A stretch of DNA of 60,568 nucleotides, filler included. It is 6 parts of 6 records of this genome, joined end to end, with 100 filler letters (N's around TTAATTAATTAA, not from the genome) between each part and the next. Parts side by side here need not be neighbours in the genome. Positions count along the whole stretch, not along the records: positions 1 to 12,197 come from SRR31156797_4174; positions 12,298 to 22,978 come from SRR31156797_4177; 4 more parts are not named here. One strand, 5' to 3'. The notes beneath the pieces were generated by a model. That model did not search any database. It was given only the letters and a program-made list of their open reading frames with translations, and was not told where the DNA came from. Position 1 is the first letter of the stretch; every line of letters starts with the position of its first letter. This document shows positions 8,946 to 18,329 of this stretch, piece by piece. The position numbers and the translations under genes were made by a program.

Positions 8946-9692
8946 TTAACGATATTGATCGTATATTTTCGAAATAGTTCCATCATTCAAAAGCTTATCA
9001 ATAGCCTTATTGAACCTCGGAAGCGCATCTTGCTTACTGGGATGAAAACGAATCATCATATCAAGAGAATCATAAGGCTTATCAACCACAAGCTTGTCCT
9101 CAAGCCCAAGCTCCCTAATCTGATATAGAGCTGAATCTTTATTCATAAAAGCCTGATCCAAACGACCTGCAAGAAGCAATTGAACTAATTTATTCTCATT
9201 TTCCAAAATGTGGGTATTGATCCTCCCGTCTGCAAAATACGCACTAAACACCGGATAGTGATACCCACGGACAACCCCTATGGTCTTCCCAAGCAAGTCT
9301 TGAGGCGTAGCATCAGGAAGAGCCTTATCAGCCCTGAACAGAATAATAGAGTCAGATACGGCAAATGGTTCGCTAAAAACCCCTAGAACCTTAGCCGATT
9401 GCCGCCATACAGGATTAGACATAGGCTCGATATCTATTTCCCCAAGATCAAATTTACGTTGGGATCTATTGAATGGACAACGCACAAACTCAATCGTATC
9501 CCCGGTTTCTTTTGCAAAAGCATTAAAAACATCTTTTACGATCCCGGTTCTAGGGTCACCTTCTTTAAAATAATACGGAGGCAATGCCCCCGCATGCAAC
9601 ATAACACGCAGGCTATCCGCCACACTCTCAGTAACGGCTACAACACTGATCAAAAAAAATACTATGACAAAGCGAATCGCCATCTGCAACAT
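8946..9692 (-). CDS. Periplasmic solute-binding protein, family 3 (orphan)
   Basis: Signal peptide; PPYY, GIVKD, LGKTIGVVRGYHY, LLAGRLD, FNKAI; start codon uncertain. Confidence 0.85.
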   Translation of the reverse strand: MLQMAIRFVIVFFLISVVAVTESVADSLRVMLHAGALPPYYFKEGDPRTGIVKDVFNAFAKETGDTIEFVRCPFNRSQRKFDLGEIDIEPMSNPVWRQSAKVLGVFSEPFAVSDSIILFRADKALPDATPQDLLGKTIGVVRGYHYPVFSAYFADGRINTHILENENKLVQLLLAGRLDQAFMNKDSALYQIRELGLEDKLVVDKPYDSLDMMIRFHPSKQDALPRFNKAIDKLLNDGTISKIYDQYR

Positions 9693-9840
9693 TTCTTGCA
9701 ACCCCTCCCTAAAAGCCCCTCTTTATATATAATTAAAAATGCTCTATACCTTAAAATCTGCTTCAAAACAATGGAACATTAAAACTATATTAATGTAGCA
9801 TTTTGACACATAGCACAACAAATTCAGTTCAGGAGAAAAA

Positions 9841-10452
9841 ATGCTTAAAGCATTATTCACTTCATCTTCCAAACTTCACAAACTAGGAACTATTACGCAT
9901 GAGGATGCCATATTTGTCTTGCCTTTTATAGACAAAGAACTGGCAACACGCTTAGCCGAAGTCCTCATCCGCAGGGCTTTACATCCTGGATTGCTGGTTC
10001 TTGTGGATGATGATGAACGTTTAGGTTTTATGAAAGTTGCCAATTACGTATGTTCGCATTCATCATCCCGCTACTTCGGTTATCTTGCTCAGGATGCTTT
10101 TCCGGGAGACGGCTGGTTGCGCTCGGCAGTAACTACCTTGGACCAAAGTGAAGCTTCCCTTCTTGCTTTCAATGACGGGCGATTTTACGGGACCCTTGCA
10201 GTATTCGGTCTGGCCCGCAGAAGCTGGCTTGCAAGTCTTTACCATAAATATTTATTCTTTCCCGGCTACAATAGTCACTTCGGCGACACCGAACTTTCTG
10301 CCATAGCCATTCATCAGAACAAACTTATCTACAATCCCGGCTGCCTGATGATAGAAGTTGATTATGAAAAGCACAAAAAGGGAAATAACCCCGATGATGC
10401 AGCCTTGTACAAACTACGTGAATCACAAGGATTCGGCGGAATCATAAAATAA
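9841..10452 (+). CDS. Short GT-A fold glycosyltransferase-like protein
   Basis: YFGYLAQDAFPGDGWL and FFPGYNSHFGDTEL resemble GT2 motifs. Confidence 0.55.
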   Translation: MLKALFTSSSKLHKLGTITHEDAIFVLPFIDKELATRLAEVLIRRALHPGLLVLVDDDERLGFMKVANYVCSHSSSRYFGYLAQDAFPGDGWLRSAVTTLDQSEASLLAFNDGRFYGTLAVFGLARRSWLASLYHKYLFFPGYNSHFGDTELSAIAIHQNKLIYNPGCLMIEVDYEKHKKGNNPDDAALYKLRESQGFGGIIK

Positions 10453-10461
10453 AGAGAAAAA

Positions 10462-11103
10462 ATGCCTGTTATCGACCTTTCCCATACCATTAAGAACGGC
10501 ATGCCCGTATTTCCCGGCACAGAAACTCCCACCATTGAAGAAGTTTTTTCCCATGAAATGCATGGCTTCCGTGAACACAGGCTGACGATCTTCTCGCATA
10601 TAGGAACCCATATTGATGCTCCGAACCATATGATTCCCGAAGGCGAAAGCCTTGATGATATGGATGTCAGCCGTTTTATCGGCCCGGGAATCTGTATCGA
10701 TTGCACCCATAAGACACCAAAATCACCTGAGATAAATATTGATGACCTGATTCCATATGAGGCTGCGATAAGTGAATGCGACTTCATCCTGCTGAACAGC
10801 GGCTGGTACAAGAACTGGGGTAATGATAAATACTTCACTGGCTACCCGGTCCTGAACGAGTCTACAGCACGTTGGTTGGTTGATTTTAATCTGAAAGGAG
10901 TTGGAGTGGATGTTATCTCCATAGATTCGTCAGAAATCAGCGGCTATGACGTGCACAATACGTTCCTGGAACAGGGTACGATCATTATTGAAAATCTTAA
11001 CAACCTTCACCTACTACCTAAAGATGATTTCATATTCTCCTGCCTGCCTCTCAAATTCGAAAAAGCTGACGGCTCACCTGTCAGGGCTATTGCAACTTAC
11101 TAA
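10462..11103 (+). CDS. Cyclase/kynurenine formamidase (KynB)-family metal hydrolase
   Basis: IDLSH, HIGTHIDAP, GVGVDVISID, IIENL, DGSPVRAIA. Confidence 0.9.
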   Translation: MPVIDLSHTIKNGMPVFPGTETPTIEEVFSHEMHGFREHRLTIFSHIGTHIDAPNHMIPEGESLDDMDVSRFIGPGICIDCTHKTPKSPEINIDDLIPYEAAISECDFILLNSGWYKNWGNDKYFTGYPVLNESTARWLVDFNLKGVGVDVISIDSSEISGYDVHNTFLEQGTIIIENLNNLHLLPKDDFIFSCLPLKFEKADGSPVRAIATY

Positions 11104-11331
11104 CAAAAACGTATGTATATCTAAAATGTTACAGCCAAAACACAAATAGACAAAAACCCATACCACCCACCACAAAACCCACCCACTCTACCCAAAAACC
11201 CTACCTTCAAATACAGTCCTAACCACCTAAAATACGGACTTTAGCCCGTTTACAGAAAATCCTCCCAACCACATAATGTAGTTGAAGAATGAGGGCAGTT
11301 ACAAAACAGCCCGCATCAAAGGAGGAAAAAA

Positions 11332-11580
11332 ATGAGCTACGAAACAATCACAAAAGTTACCCAGGATATTGTTCTTGAAGGAACCAAGCCAGCCAAAGAA
11401 GTGGCCCAGTCCATTGGCAAACCTTACTCCACGCTGCTGCGGGAAATTAATCCTTTTGACAACAACGCGAAGCTCGGAGCCACCACCTTGATGGATATCC
11501 TTAGAACAACTCAGGAAACAAAACCTCTTGAGTTTATTGCCGAGTCCATCGGCTATGCCCTTAAGCCTCGTGTAAATTAA
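11332..11580 (+). CDS. Phage regulatory CII-family protein (Desulfovibrio type)
   Basis: AKEVAQSIGKPYSTLLREINPFD..AKLG; AAGGAGG RBS. Confidence 0.85.
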   Translation: MSYETITKVTQDIVLEGTKPAKEVAQSIGKPYSTLLREINPFDNNAKLGATTLMDILRTTQETKPLEFIAESIGYALKPRVN

Positions 11581-11605
11581 GCAAACAAGAGCAATACATT
11601 TATAA

Positions 11606-11640
11606 GAAGAAGTCGGATTCATAATGAATCCGACTTCTTC
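11606..11640. terminator. Perfect 17-bp inverted repeat after the CII-family gene, terminator or stabilising hairpin
   Basis: GAAGAAGTCGGATTCAT-A-ATGAATCCGACTTCTTC. Confidence 0.7.
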
Positions 11641-11680
11641 ATTTCTGGACTTTTAACCACTTTCCACCGATACTGCCGCC

Positions 11681-12145
11681 ATGAAAAAAGTAAGCATAAA
11701 CCTTACGCATGTGGCTACCCTCGGCCCTGTGGGACACCTGCCAAAGGCCCCGGGTACATGGGGATCAGCCGCAGCTCTTATTACCGCACCATTTTTGTTT
11801 CTGCCCTTTCAACTCCCAATCAGAATCCTTATTCTGGGGTTGATCTTCTACTTTGGCGCCAAGGCCTGTTCTGTTGCTGAAGAACAGCTTGGCCAAAAAG
11901 ATCCGGGCTGTGTTGTCATTGATGAATTGCTGGGACAATGGCTGGTTTTCCTACCATTCCCTGCTGTTGTAGACTGGCATCTTATTGTAGGCTTTGTCCT
12001 CTTCCGAATCTTTGACATCACCAAACCATTTCCCATCAAACAGTCTGAAAAATGGTTGAAGGACGGATGGGGAGTCATGGTTGATGACGCCTTTGCCGGG
12101 CTGTACGCCATGCTCGGACTCTGGCTGATCCGCTATCTGACCTAA
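11681..12145 (+). CDS. pgpA: Phosphatidylglycerophosphatase A
   Basis: APGTWGS, DPGCVVIDE, LFRIFDITKP, GVMVDD. Confidence 0.95.
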   Translation: MKKVSINLTHVATLGPVGHLPKAPGTWGSAAALITAPFLFLPFQLPIRILILGLIFYFGAKACSVAEEQLGQKDPGCVVIDELLGQWLVFLPFPAVVDWHLIVGFVLFRIFDITKPFPIKQSEKWLKDGWGVMVDDAFAGLYAMLGLWLIRYLT

Positions 12146-12166
12146 TATTAAATTTATTTGTCCAAC

Positions 12167-12197
12167 AAAAAAAGCCCTCGTTTTCAGCTGAAAACGA
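12167..12197. terminator. Terminator-like hairpin truncated by contig end
   Basis: A-run then CCCTCGTTTTCAGCTGAAAACGA palindrome. Confidence 0.5.
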
Positions 12198-12297
12198 NNN
12201 NNNNNNNNNNNNNNNNNNNNNNNNNNNNNNNNNNNNNNNNNTTAATTAATTAANNNNNNNNNNNNNNNNNNNNNNNNNNNNNNNNNNNNNNNNNNNN
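12198..12297. other. Artificial contig spacer
   Basis: 100 nt of N with central TTAATTAATTAA (stops in all six frames). Confidence 0.99.
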
Positions 12298-12976
12298 TTT
12301 TCTTTTTCACCATCTCTGTAGCACTTACCCCTTTTTCAAAAAGAGCTCCAGTTGGACATACATGGACACACTTTCCACAACTTGTACAACTCTCACTCTC
12401 ACTCCAAGGCTCGTCCATATCATGGATAATCTTTGCGTTTATTCCTCTCCCAAAGATATCTAAAGCATGAGCACCTTCCACTTCATCACATACTCTTACA
12501 CATCGTGTACAAAGAATACATCTATTTGGATCATATACATAATCTTTGTGGGAAGCATCGATATCAAACTGTGCATGGATATAAGGCACTTCACTATGTT
12601 CTAATCCAAGTTCGATCGCTTGGTTTTGAAGCTCACAGTTTCCATTTGATACACATACACTACAAGTGTGAGTACGCTCAGCAAAGATCATTGAAAGGAT
12701 CATCTTTCTATGGGTTTTGATCTTGTCAGATTCTGTTAGTACTTCCATCCCCTCTTTTATCTTAGCAGTACATGCAGGGATAAGTTTATTACTCCCTTTT
12801 ACTTCAATAAGACACATTCTACAAGCTCCCACACAGGAAAGCCCCTCTAAATAACATAATGTTGGTATATGAATATTATGTTCATTTGCTACTTCTAAAA
12901 CCGTACAATCAGACTTTCCTGTTACATCTATATCGTTGATCTTAAACGTTTTTACTCTTGCTTTTTCTCTAATCAT
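12298..12976 (-). CDS. hoxU: Bidirectional hydrogenase diaphorase subunit HoxU (3' end cut by contig end)
   Basis: IPTLC, GACRMC, HTCSVC, RCILCTRCVRVC, SCTSCGKCVHVCPTGAL. Confidence 0.88.
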
Positions 12977-14591
12977 TTTTAATACCCTCAAGATATTCAT
13001 TTTCAAAATATTTTATAGTGCTTAATACTGGATTTGGTGCAGCTTGTCCTAAACCACAAAGACTAGTATCTTTTACCACATGACACATATTTTTTAATAG
13101 TTCAAAGTCACTCTGTTTTGCCTCTTTAGCAATAAACTTATCAAGTAATTCTGTAAGTTCTGTAGTACCAACTCTACATGGTACACATTTTCCACACGAT
13201 TCACTTTTTGAAAAGTCCATAAAAAAACGTGCTACTTCAACCATATTAGAATCTTCACTCATAACGATCAATCCACCACTTCCCATGATCGACCCTATCG
13301 ATTTTAACGAATCATAATCTACAGGAATATCAAGCATATCTTCAGGGATACACCCTCCACTAGGTCCTCCTGTTTGTATCGCTTTGAGTTTACTTCCATC
13401 AGGAACTCCTCCACCAACTTCATAGATAAGCTCTCGCAAAGTGATCCCCATAGGAACCTCTACAAGTCCAGTGTTTTTAATATGTCCTGTCAATGCAAAT
13501 ACTTTTGTACCACTTGATTTTTCAGTCCCAATCGATTTAAACCACTCTCCACCTTTTTTGATAATAGATGAAACATTAGCAAAGGTCTCAACATTATTTA
13601 AAATAGTAGGCTCTCCCCAAAGTCCATAATCACTTAAATGAGGTGGTTTTTGTCTTGGATTCCCTCTATTTCCTTCAATAGAAGTTACAAGTGCAGTTGC
13701 TTCACCACAAACAAAAGCACCTCCACCTAATCTTACTTCCACATCAAAACTAAACCCACTATTTGCAATCTTATTTCCTAAGATACCTTTTTTTCTTGCT
13801 TGCTTAATAGCTTTATTGAGTTTTTCAACAGCGACTGGATACTCTGCTCTTACATAAATATACCCTTGAGTTGCCCCACAGGCATACCCTGCAATTGCCA
13901 TCCCTTCAAGAAGTTTATGGGGATCAGCTTCCATAACAGCTCTATCCATAAAAGCCCCTGGGTCTCCCTCATCACCATTACACACGATATATTTTTGATC
14001 AGCATCTACTTTTGAAACTGTTTCCCACTTTAGACCTGTTGGATATCCTCCGCCACCTCTTCCTCGAAGCCCTGAAATCTTCATCTCTTCGATCACTTCA
14101 GTAGGAGTCATCTCTTCAAGTGCCATAAAAAGAGCAAAATACCCCTCATGTGCAATATAATCTTCTATATCATTTGGATCAATGATCCCTGCATTTTCAA
14201 GGACGATCTTTTTTTGTTTTGTAAAAAAAGGCTGAGAAACATCACATTTTTTATGCTTAATTGGTGTTTTTGTCTCTAAAGTCTCGATAAACTTATCTGC
14301 TTCATCCACTTCAATCCCACCATAAATACTCTCTTTATCAGCGGTTTGATGATAATGAGACACCATGATCGCTTCAGAACAAAGACCATTACACCCTACA
14401 CCTTTTACTTTACAACGTTTATGTAACTCTTTGTTATCTTTTACTTTTCCTTTTAGATCTTTTAAAAGATCATTAGATCCTAAAGCGGCACAACTACTCC
14501 CAATACATACTCTTAGCTCTTCGTGGGAGCTTAAGAACTCTTCTTGATATTCTCTTGCGATCTCTTGTAGCTCTTCTAGTGTATTTAACAT
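12969..14591 (-). CDS. hoxF: NAD(H)-binding flavoprotein HoxF (NuoF-like with N-terminal thioredoxin-like 2Fe-2S domain)
   Basis: CIGSSC...CNGLC, GLRGRGGGGYP, CNGDEGDPG, ESCGKCVPC, SLCGLG. Confidence 0.9.
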   Translation of the reverse strand: MLNTLEELQEIAREYQEEFLSSHEELRVCIGSSCAALGSNDLLKDLKGKVKDNKELHKRCKVKGVGCNGLCSEAIMVSHYHQTADKESIYGGIEVDEADKFIETLETKTPIKHKKCDVSQPFFTKQKKIVLENAGIIDPNDIEDYIAHEGYFALFMALEEMTPTEVIEEMKISGLRGRGGGGYPTGLKWETVSKVDADQKYIVCNGDEGDPGAFMDRAVMEADPHKLLEGMAIAGYACGATQGYIYVRAEYPVAVEKLNKAIKQARKKGILGNKIANSGFSFDVEVRLGGGAFVCGEATALVTSIEGNRGNPRQKPPHLSDYGLWGEPTILNNVETFANVSSIIKKGGEWFKSIGTEKSSGTKVFALTGHIKNTGLVEVPMGITLRELIYEVGGGVPDGSKLKAIQTGGPSGGCIPEDMLDIPVDYDSLKSIGSIMGSGGLIVMSEDSNMVEVARFFMDFSKSESCGKCVPCRVGTTELTELLDKFIAKEAKQSDFELLKNMCHVVKDTSLCGLGQAAPNPVLSTIKYFENEYLEGIKND

Positions 14592-15061
14592 TTTATTATC
14601 TCCTCAACCTCTGCAACTGATTGCTCTAATGTGAGGTTTCCTACAGGTTTATTATCATAAATTGCAATAGGTGCTAAAGAACATGATCCGACACATCGTG
14701 CAGTTAATAGTGACAATAATCCATCTTTTGTAGTCTCACCTGCTTTGATATTGAACTTCTTTTCTAAAAGCTCTGTTATCTTATCAGCACCTTTGATATA
14801 ACAAGCAGTTCCTGTACATACTACAGCAGTATGTTTTCCTTTAGGTTTGAGTCTAAAAAAATGATAAAAAGTTGCGACCCCGTATACCTTTGAATGTGGA
14901 AGTTTTAAACGTCTTGCAATAAACTTTAAAACATCATTTTCCAAATATCCAAAAGTCTCTTGTGCTGTGTGAAGTGTCTCAATAAGAGCACTTTTATCGT
15001 ATCCTAGTTTTTTCATGGTCTTCTCAACCATTTTGTATCGTGCATCAGTATGTTGTGTCAT
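14585..15061 (-). CDS. hoxE: 2Fe-2S subunit HoxE (NuoE-like)
   Basis: LIETLHTAQETFGYL, YGVATFYHFF, CTGTAC, RCVGSC. Confidence 0.9.
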   Translation of the reverse strand: MTQHTDARYKMVEKTMKKLGYDKSALIETLHTAQETFGYLENDVLKFIARRLKLPHSKVYGVATFYHFFRLKPKGKHTAVVCTGTACYIKGADKITELLEKKFNIKAGETTKDGLLSLLTARCVGSCSLAPIAIYDNKPVGNLTLEQSVAEVEEIIKC

Positions 15062-15088
15062 AGTTTCTAATCAGTCCTTTCTTTGTTG

Positions 15089-15134
15089 ATTATATAAGTG
15101 TATCTTATGATATTTAGATTGCATTTTGATTACA
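15089..15134 (-). promoter_or_regulatory. Putative hoxE promoter: 11-bp-periodic direct repeat plus TATAAT
   Basis: Minus strand reads TGTAATC-N4-TGCAATC-N22-TATAAT. Confidence 0.5.
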
Positions 15135-15139
15135 AAAGT

Positions 15140-15535
15140 TTATGATTTTTTTAAGTTTTCAATATCAAACCATTGCTTATTGACTTCTTGTTCTTTTGTA
15201 GCAATATTTGGTTTCTTTTCACTTTGCCATAAAGCTTCATTTGGTTTTGGGCAATCCCTTACACACTCCCCACAATAGATACAAAGGTGTTCATTGTACT
15301 CATATTTTAAACCTTTTTTATTTTTAGGATTATCGCTTGGATTCTCTGTTGGAACAAAAAGAATCGCTCCAGGAGGACAGGCCTTTTCACATTTTAAACA
15401 ATAGATACAAGCCTCTTCCCCATATTCTATCAAGCCTCTATATCCACTTGGTTTTGGAATTGGATCTTTTGGATAAGTGATTGTTTGTGGTTTTTTAAAA
15501 AGATTTGAAAAAGCTTTTTTGATTGATGTAAACAT
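15140..15535 (-). CDS. echF: Ech hydrogenase 2x[4Fe-4S] subunit
   Basis: NLFKKPQTITYP, CIYCLKCEKACP, CIYCGECVRDCP; position in operon. Confidence 0.85.
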   Translation of the reverse strand: MFTSIKKAFSNLFKKPQTITYPKDPIPKPSGYRGLIEYGEEACIYCLKCEKACPPGAILFVPTENPSDNPKNKKGLKYEYNEHLCIYCGECVRDCPKPNEALWQSEKKPNIATKEQEVNKQWFDIENLKKS

Positions 15536-15544
15536 AACTCTATC

Positions 15545-16633
15545 CTACTTTGCTGTACACGACATACATGGATCAAATGAAGCTAAAATTGCTGGTGCAT
15601 CAGCATAGTTTGAGCCTTTAAACACTTCCATAAAAGCTGGAATACATGAAAATGTTGGTGTTTTAATCCGTACTCTATCAAGAATAGGTTTGCCACTCCC
15701 TTTTACATAATACATAAGCTCACCTCTTGGGGCTTCTAATCTTACTAAAGCTTCCCCTTTTGGTTTTCCTTTGAGTTTTGTAAATATATCTCCCTCAGGT
15801 AAGCCATCAATAATATTTTCACAAATATTAATTGAGTTGTATATCTCATGTAATCTTACAAGATTCCTGCTATGGATATCACCGTTTTCAGCCACTTGAA
15901 CTTCAAACCCAAGATCATTATATGGAAGATAATCACTCTCCATTCTCACATCAGTTCGTATTCCAGCAGCTCGTGCAAGAGGTCCAATTGCATTATATTT
16001 ATAAGCTTCTTGTTGTGATAATGCTCCAATTTTTTCAAACTTTAAAGATAAACTCCAGTTTTTAGTAAACTCATCCATATACTCATCCACTTTTTTTCGA
16101 ATCAGTATTAAAGTATCTTGAATATCTTTTTCAAGCTCAATTGTGAGATCACGATTTACTCCACCAATCGCTACATAATCAAACTGCACCCTATTTCCAG
16201 TAAGTTTTTCTTGAAGATCCATAATATATTCACGATCACCCATTATTCTCATAAACATCGCTTCAAATCCAGCATTTTCACACACATGAGAAAGACAAAG
16301 CATATGGGAATGGATCCTATCAAGCTCTACTAAAAGAATTCTTAGATATTTTGCTTTTAATGTTACTTCCCCCTCTAAAAGAGACTCTACTGCTGTAGTA
16401 TATGCTAAAGAGTGTGTAATAGCACATAATCCACAAATTCTAGCTACCACATAAGGAACAGCGTCAAATTTAAATTTGCTAGCACACGCTTTTTCTACTC
16501 CTCTATGAACAAACCCCACGTCACTATCAACATCTACGATCTTCTCATTTTCACAGGCAAACTTAAATTTAATAGGCTCTAGTAGTGAAATATGCTGAGA
16601 ACCTAATGGTATATTAATTAATTTTTTTCCCAT
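15545..16633 (-). CDS. echE: Group 4 (Ech-type) [NiFe] hydrogenase large subunit
   Basis: GFVHRGVEK, L1 RICGLC, EAPRGE, L2 DPCMSC; no C-terminal extension. Confidence 0.92.
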   Translation of the reverse strand: MGKKLINIPLGSQHISLLEPIKFKFACENEKIVDVDSDVGFVHRGVEKACASKFKFDAVPYVVARICGLCAITHSLAYTTAVESLLEGEVTLKAKYLRILLVELDRIHSHMLCLSHVCENAGFEAMFMRIMGDREYIMDLQEKLTGNRVQFDYVAIGGVNRDLTIELEKDIQDTLILIRKKVDEYMDEFTKNWSLSLKFEKIGALSQQEAYKYNAIGPLARAAGIRTDVRMESDYLPYNDLGFEVQVAENGDIHSRNLVRLHEIYNSINICENIIDGLPEGDIFTKLKGKPKGEALVRLEAPRGELMYYVKGSGKPILDRVRIKTPTFSCIPAFMEVFKGSNYADAPAILASFDPCMSCTAK

Positions 16634-16635
16634 GA

Positions 16636-16989
16636 CTATATCCCACAACTTGATAATGGCATTGACTCTGAGTCTTCATCAAGATAAAGACCTTTTGGGG
16701 AATCTTCAACATTTACCCCAAACATATCCACAACTTCTCTTTGAGAGATAATAGCTGAGGGTAAAATATGAGTCACTGATGGGATAAGGTCATCTTTCTT
16801 TACTTCTATATAAAACATTTTTACATCACTTACTTTTCCATACTCTGTAAAGATCCATTGTATCTCAGTCTTATCCTCTTCTAATGCTACTCCATTTAAA
16901 GAGAGAAAATGGTGTTTCTCTTCATTGTAAAAGTTTTCTATATCTGAAACTATTGTGTCTAACGTTGATTGTTGTTTATCAATCATCAC
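16636..16989 (-). CDS. echD: Ech hydrogenase NuoC-like subunit
   Basis: IPSVTHILPSA...REVVDMFGV; between echC and echE. Confidence 0.82.
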   Translation of the reverse strand: MMIDKQQSTLDTIVSDIENFYNEEKHHFLSLNGVALEEDKTEIQWIFTEYGKVSDVKMFYIEVKKDDLIPSVTHILPSAIISQREVVDMFGVNVEDSPKGLYLDEDSESMPLSSCGI

Positions 16990-17512
16990 CTATCCTTTTT
17001 GACATATTTGTTCTATCTATGATCCCATCTTTTTCACTTGGCTTATTGAAAAGTTTATAAGGGAGTTCTATTTGTTTTGTTTTTTGTTCCAAGATCTCTA
17101 GTCCTTTTACCACTCCATCGATGATAAGTTCAGGTGATGCGGCGCATCCTGGCACATATACATCTACTGGGATATATTGATCAATCCCATCTTCCACATT
17201 ATACATCCCTCGAAATACTCCACCAGTACAAGTACAGCTTCCAACAGATACTACTACTTTAGGCTCTGGGATCTGATTATAAAGCTCAACCAATCGCTCA
17301 CGACTTCTAAAAGTAACGGGTCCAGTAACTAAAAAGATATCAGATTGTTTTGGATTTCCACTATTAAGTACTCCAAAACGTTCAAGATCATATTTAGGCC
17401 CTAAACATGCTAAGATCTCAATATCACACCCATTACAACTCCCTGCATTATAATGTAAGATCCACGGAGATTTTTTTCTATACGGTTTAAAGTTAAAGAG
17501 CTTTTTAAACAT
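16979..17512 (-). CDS. echC: Ech hydrogenase small subunit (NuoB-like)
   Basis: KKSPWILHYNAGSCNGCDIE, VGSC, VYVPGC. Confidence 0.92.
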   Translation of the reverse strand: MFKKLFNFKPYRKKSPWILHYNAGSCNGCDIEILACLGPKYDLERFGVLNSGNPKQSDIFLVTGPVTFRSRERLVELYNQIPEPKVVVSVGSCTCTGGVFRGMYNVEDGIDQYIPVDVYVPGCAASPELIIDGVVKGLEILEQKTKQIELPYKLFNKPSEKDGIIDRTNMSKRIGDD

Positions 17513-18329
17513 AAGCGATTCCTATTATATTGATACAGCTTAAGATCAGTCCAAATCCAAGAACGATCCTTACTAAGTGATTGATCTTGACCCTAGCTGT
17601 TGCATTATCAATAAGATTTAAAATAAAGAATACTAAAAGAGATAAAAAAATACCTAAAATAATATTATTAGCTGAAAATAAAAAGATCAAAGAGAAGATA
17701 AAAATATATTCGATCCATTTGGCCATATAGAGTATCTCAAAAAACACTCCCCCATATTCAAGCTCCACTCCACCAACTATCTCTTGGTGAGCTTCTGTAG
17801 CATCAAAAGGTGACTTTTTTAGTTTTACTGGTACTAATAAAACAAATGCTAAAAAGAGTAATACCATCTGATCTAAATGACTAGAAGAGCTAAAAATCAC
17901 TCCTGTATCAAAGCTTCCATATACTAAATAAAACCCAATGGCTATGAGAATCAAAACAGGCTCATAAGCAACCATTGCCATTAGCTCCCTATTTGATCCC
18001 AAATGCGAATATACTGATCGTACACTGTATCCTGCTAGAACTAAAAAGATCGTAGCTATTAGGTGGATAAATATGATATACAGTAGATTAAATCCTACTA
18101 TGATCATAGCAACAGCTATCCATAAAGTTACCATATGAAGTAAGGCAAAAACTATATGGTAAGAGTTTACTAAAATAGGCTGTTTATCAAGTAGTTTATA
18201 CATATCATAAAATGGCTGTAGTATTGGAGGCCCCATTCGGTTTTGCATTCTTGCTCGTAAAACCCTCTCAAATCCATAAACAAATCCGCCTAAAATAGGA
18301 GTCAGTAGTATTAAAATCAACTCTATCAT
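17505..18329 (-). CDS. echB: Ech hydrogenase membrane subunit (NuoH-like)
   Basis: ARMQNRMGPPILQPFYD, KSPFD..EAHQEIVGG..EY. Confidence 0.9.
   Translation of the reverse strand: MIELILILLTPILGGFVYGFERVLRARMQNRMGPPILQPFYDMYKLLDKQPILVNSYHIVFALLHMVTLWIAVAMIIVGFNLLYIIFIHLIATIFLVLAGYSVRSVYSHLGSNRELMAMVAYEPVLILIAIGFYLVYGSFDTGVIFSSSSHLDQMVLLFLAFVLLVPVKLKKSPFDATEAHQEIVGGVELEYGGVFFEILYMAKWIEYIFIFSLIFLFSANNIILGIFLSLLVFFILNLIDNATARVKINHLVRIVLGFGLILSCINIIGIAYV

Noticed and set aside
1..12197. Classical integron cassette array
   Set aside because: No intI, genes lie in both orientations, and I found no attC-type RYYYAAC...GTTRRRY palindromes at gene ends
12969..15061. Respiratory complex I nuoEF, or bifurcating HydABC
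   Set aside because: Sequences fit HoxE/F/U, the third subunit shows no H-cluster or NuoG-type continuation in the visible part, and HoxF lacks the HydB C-terminal ferredoxin domain
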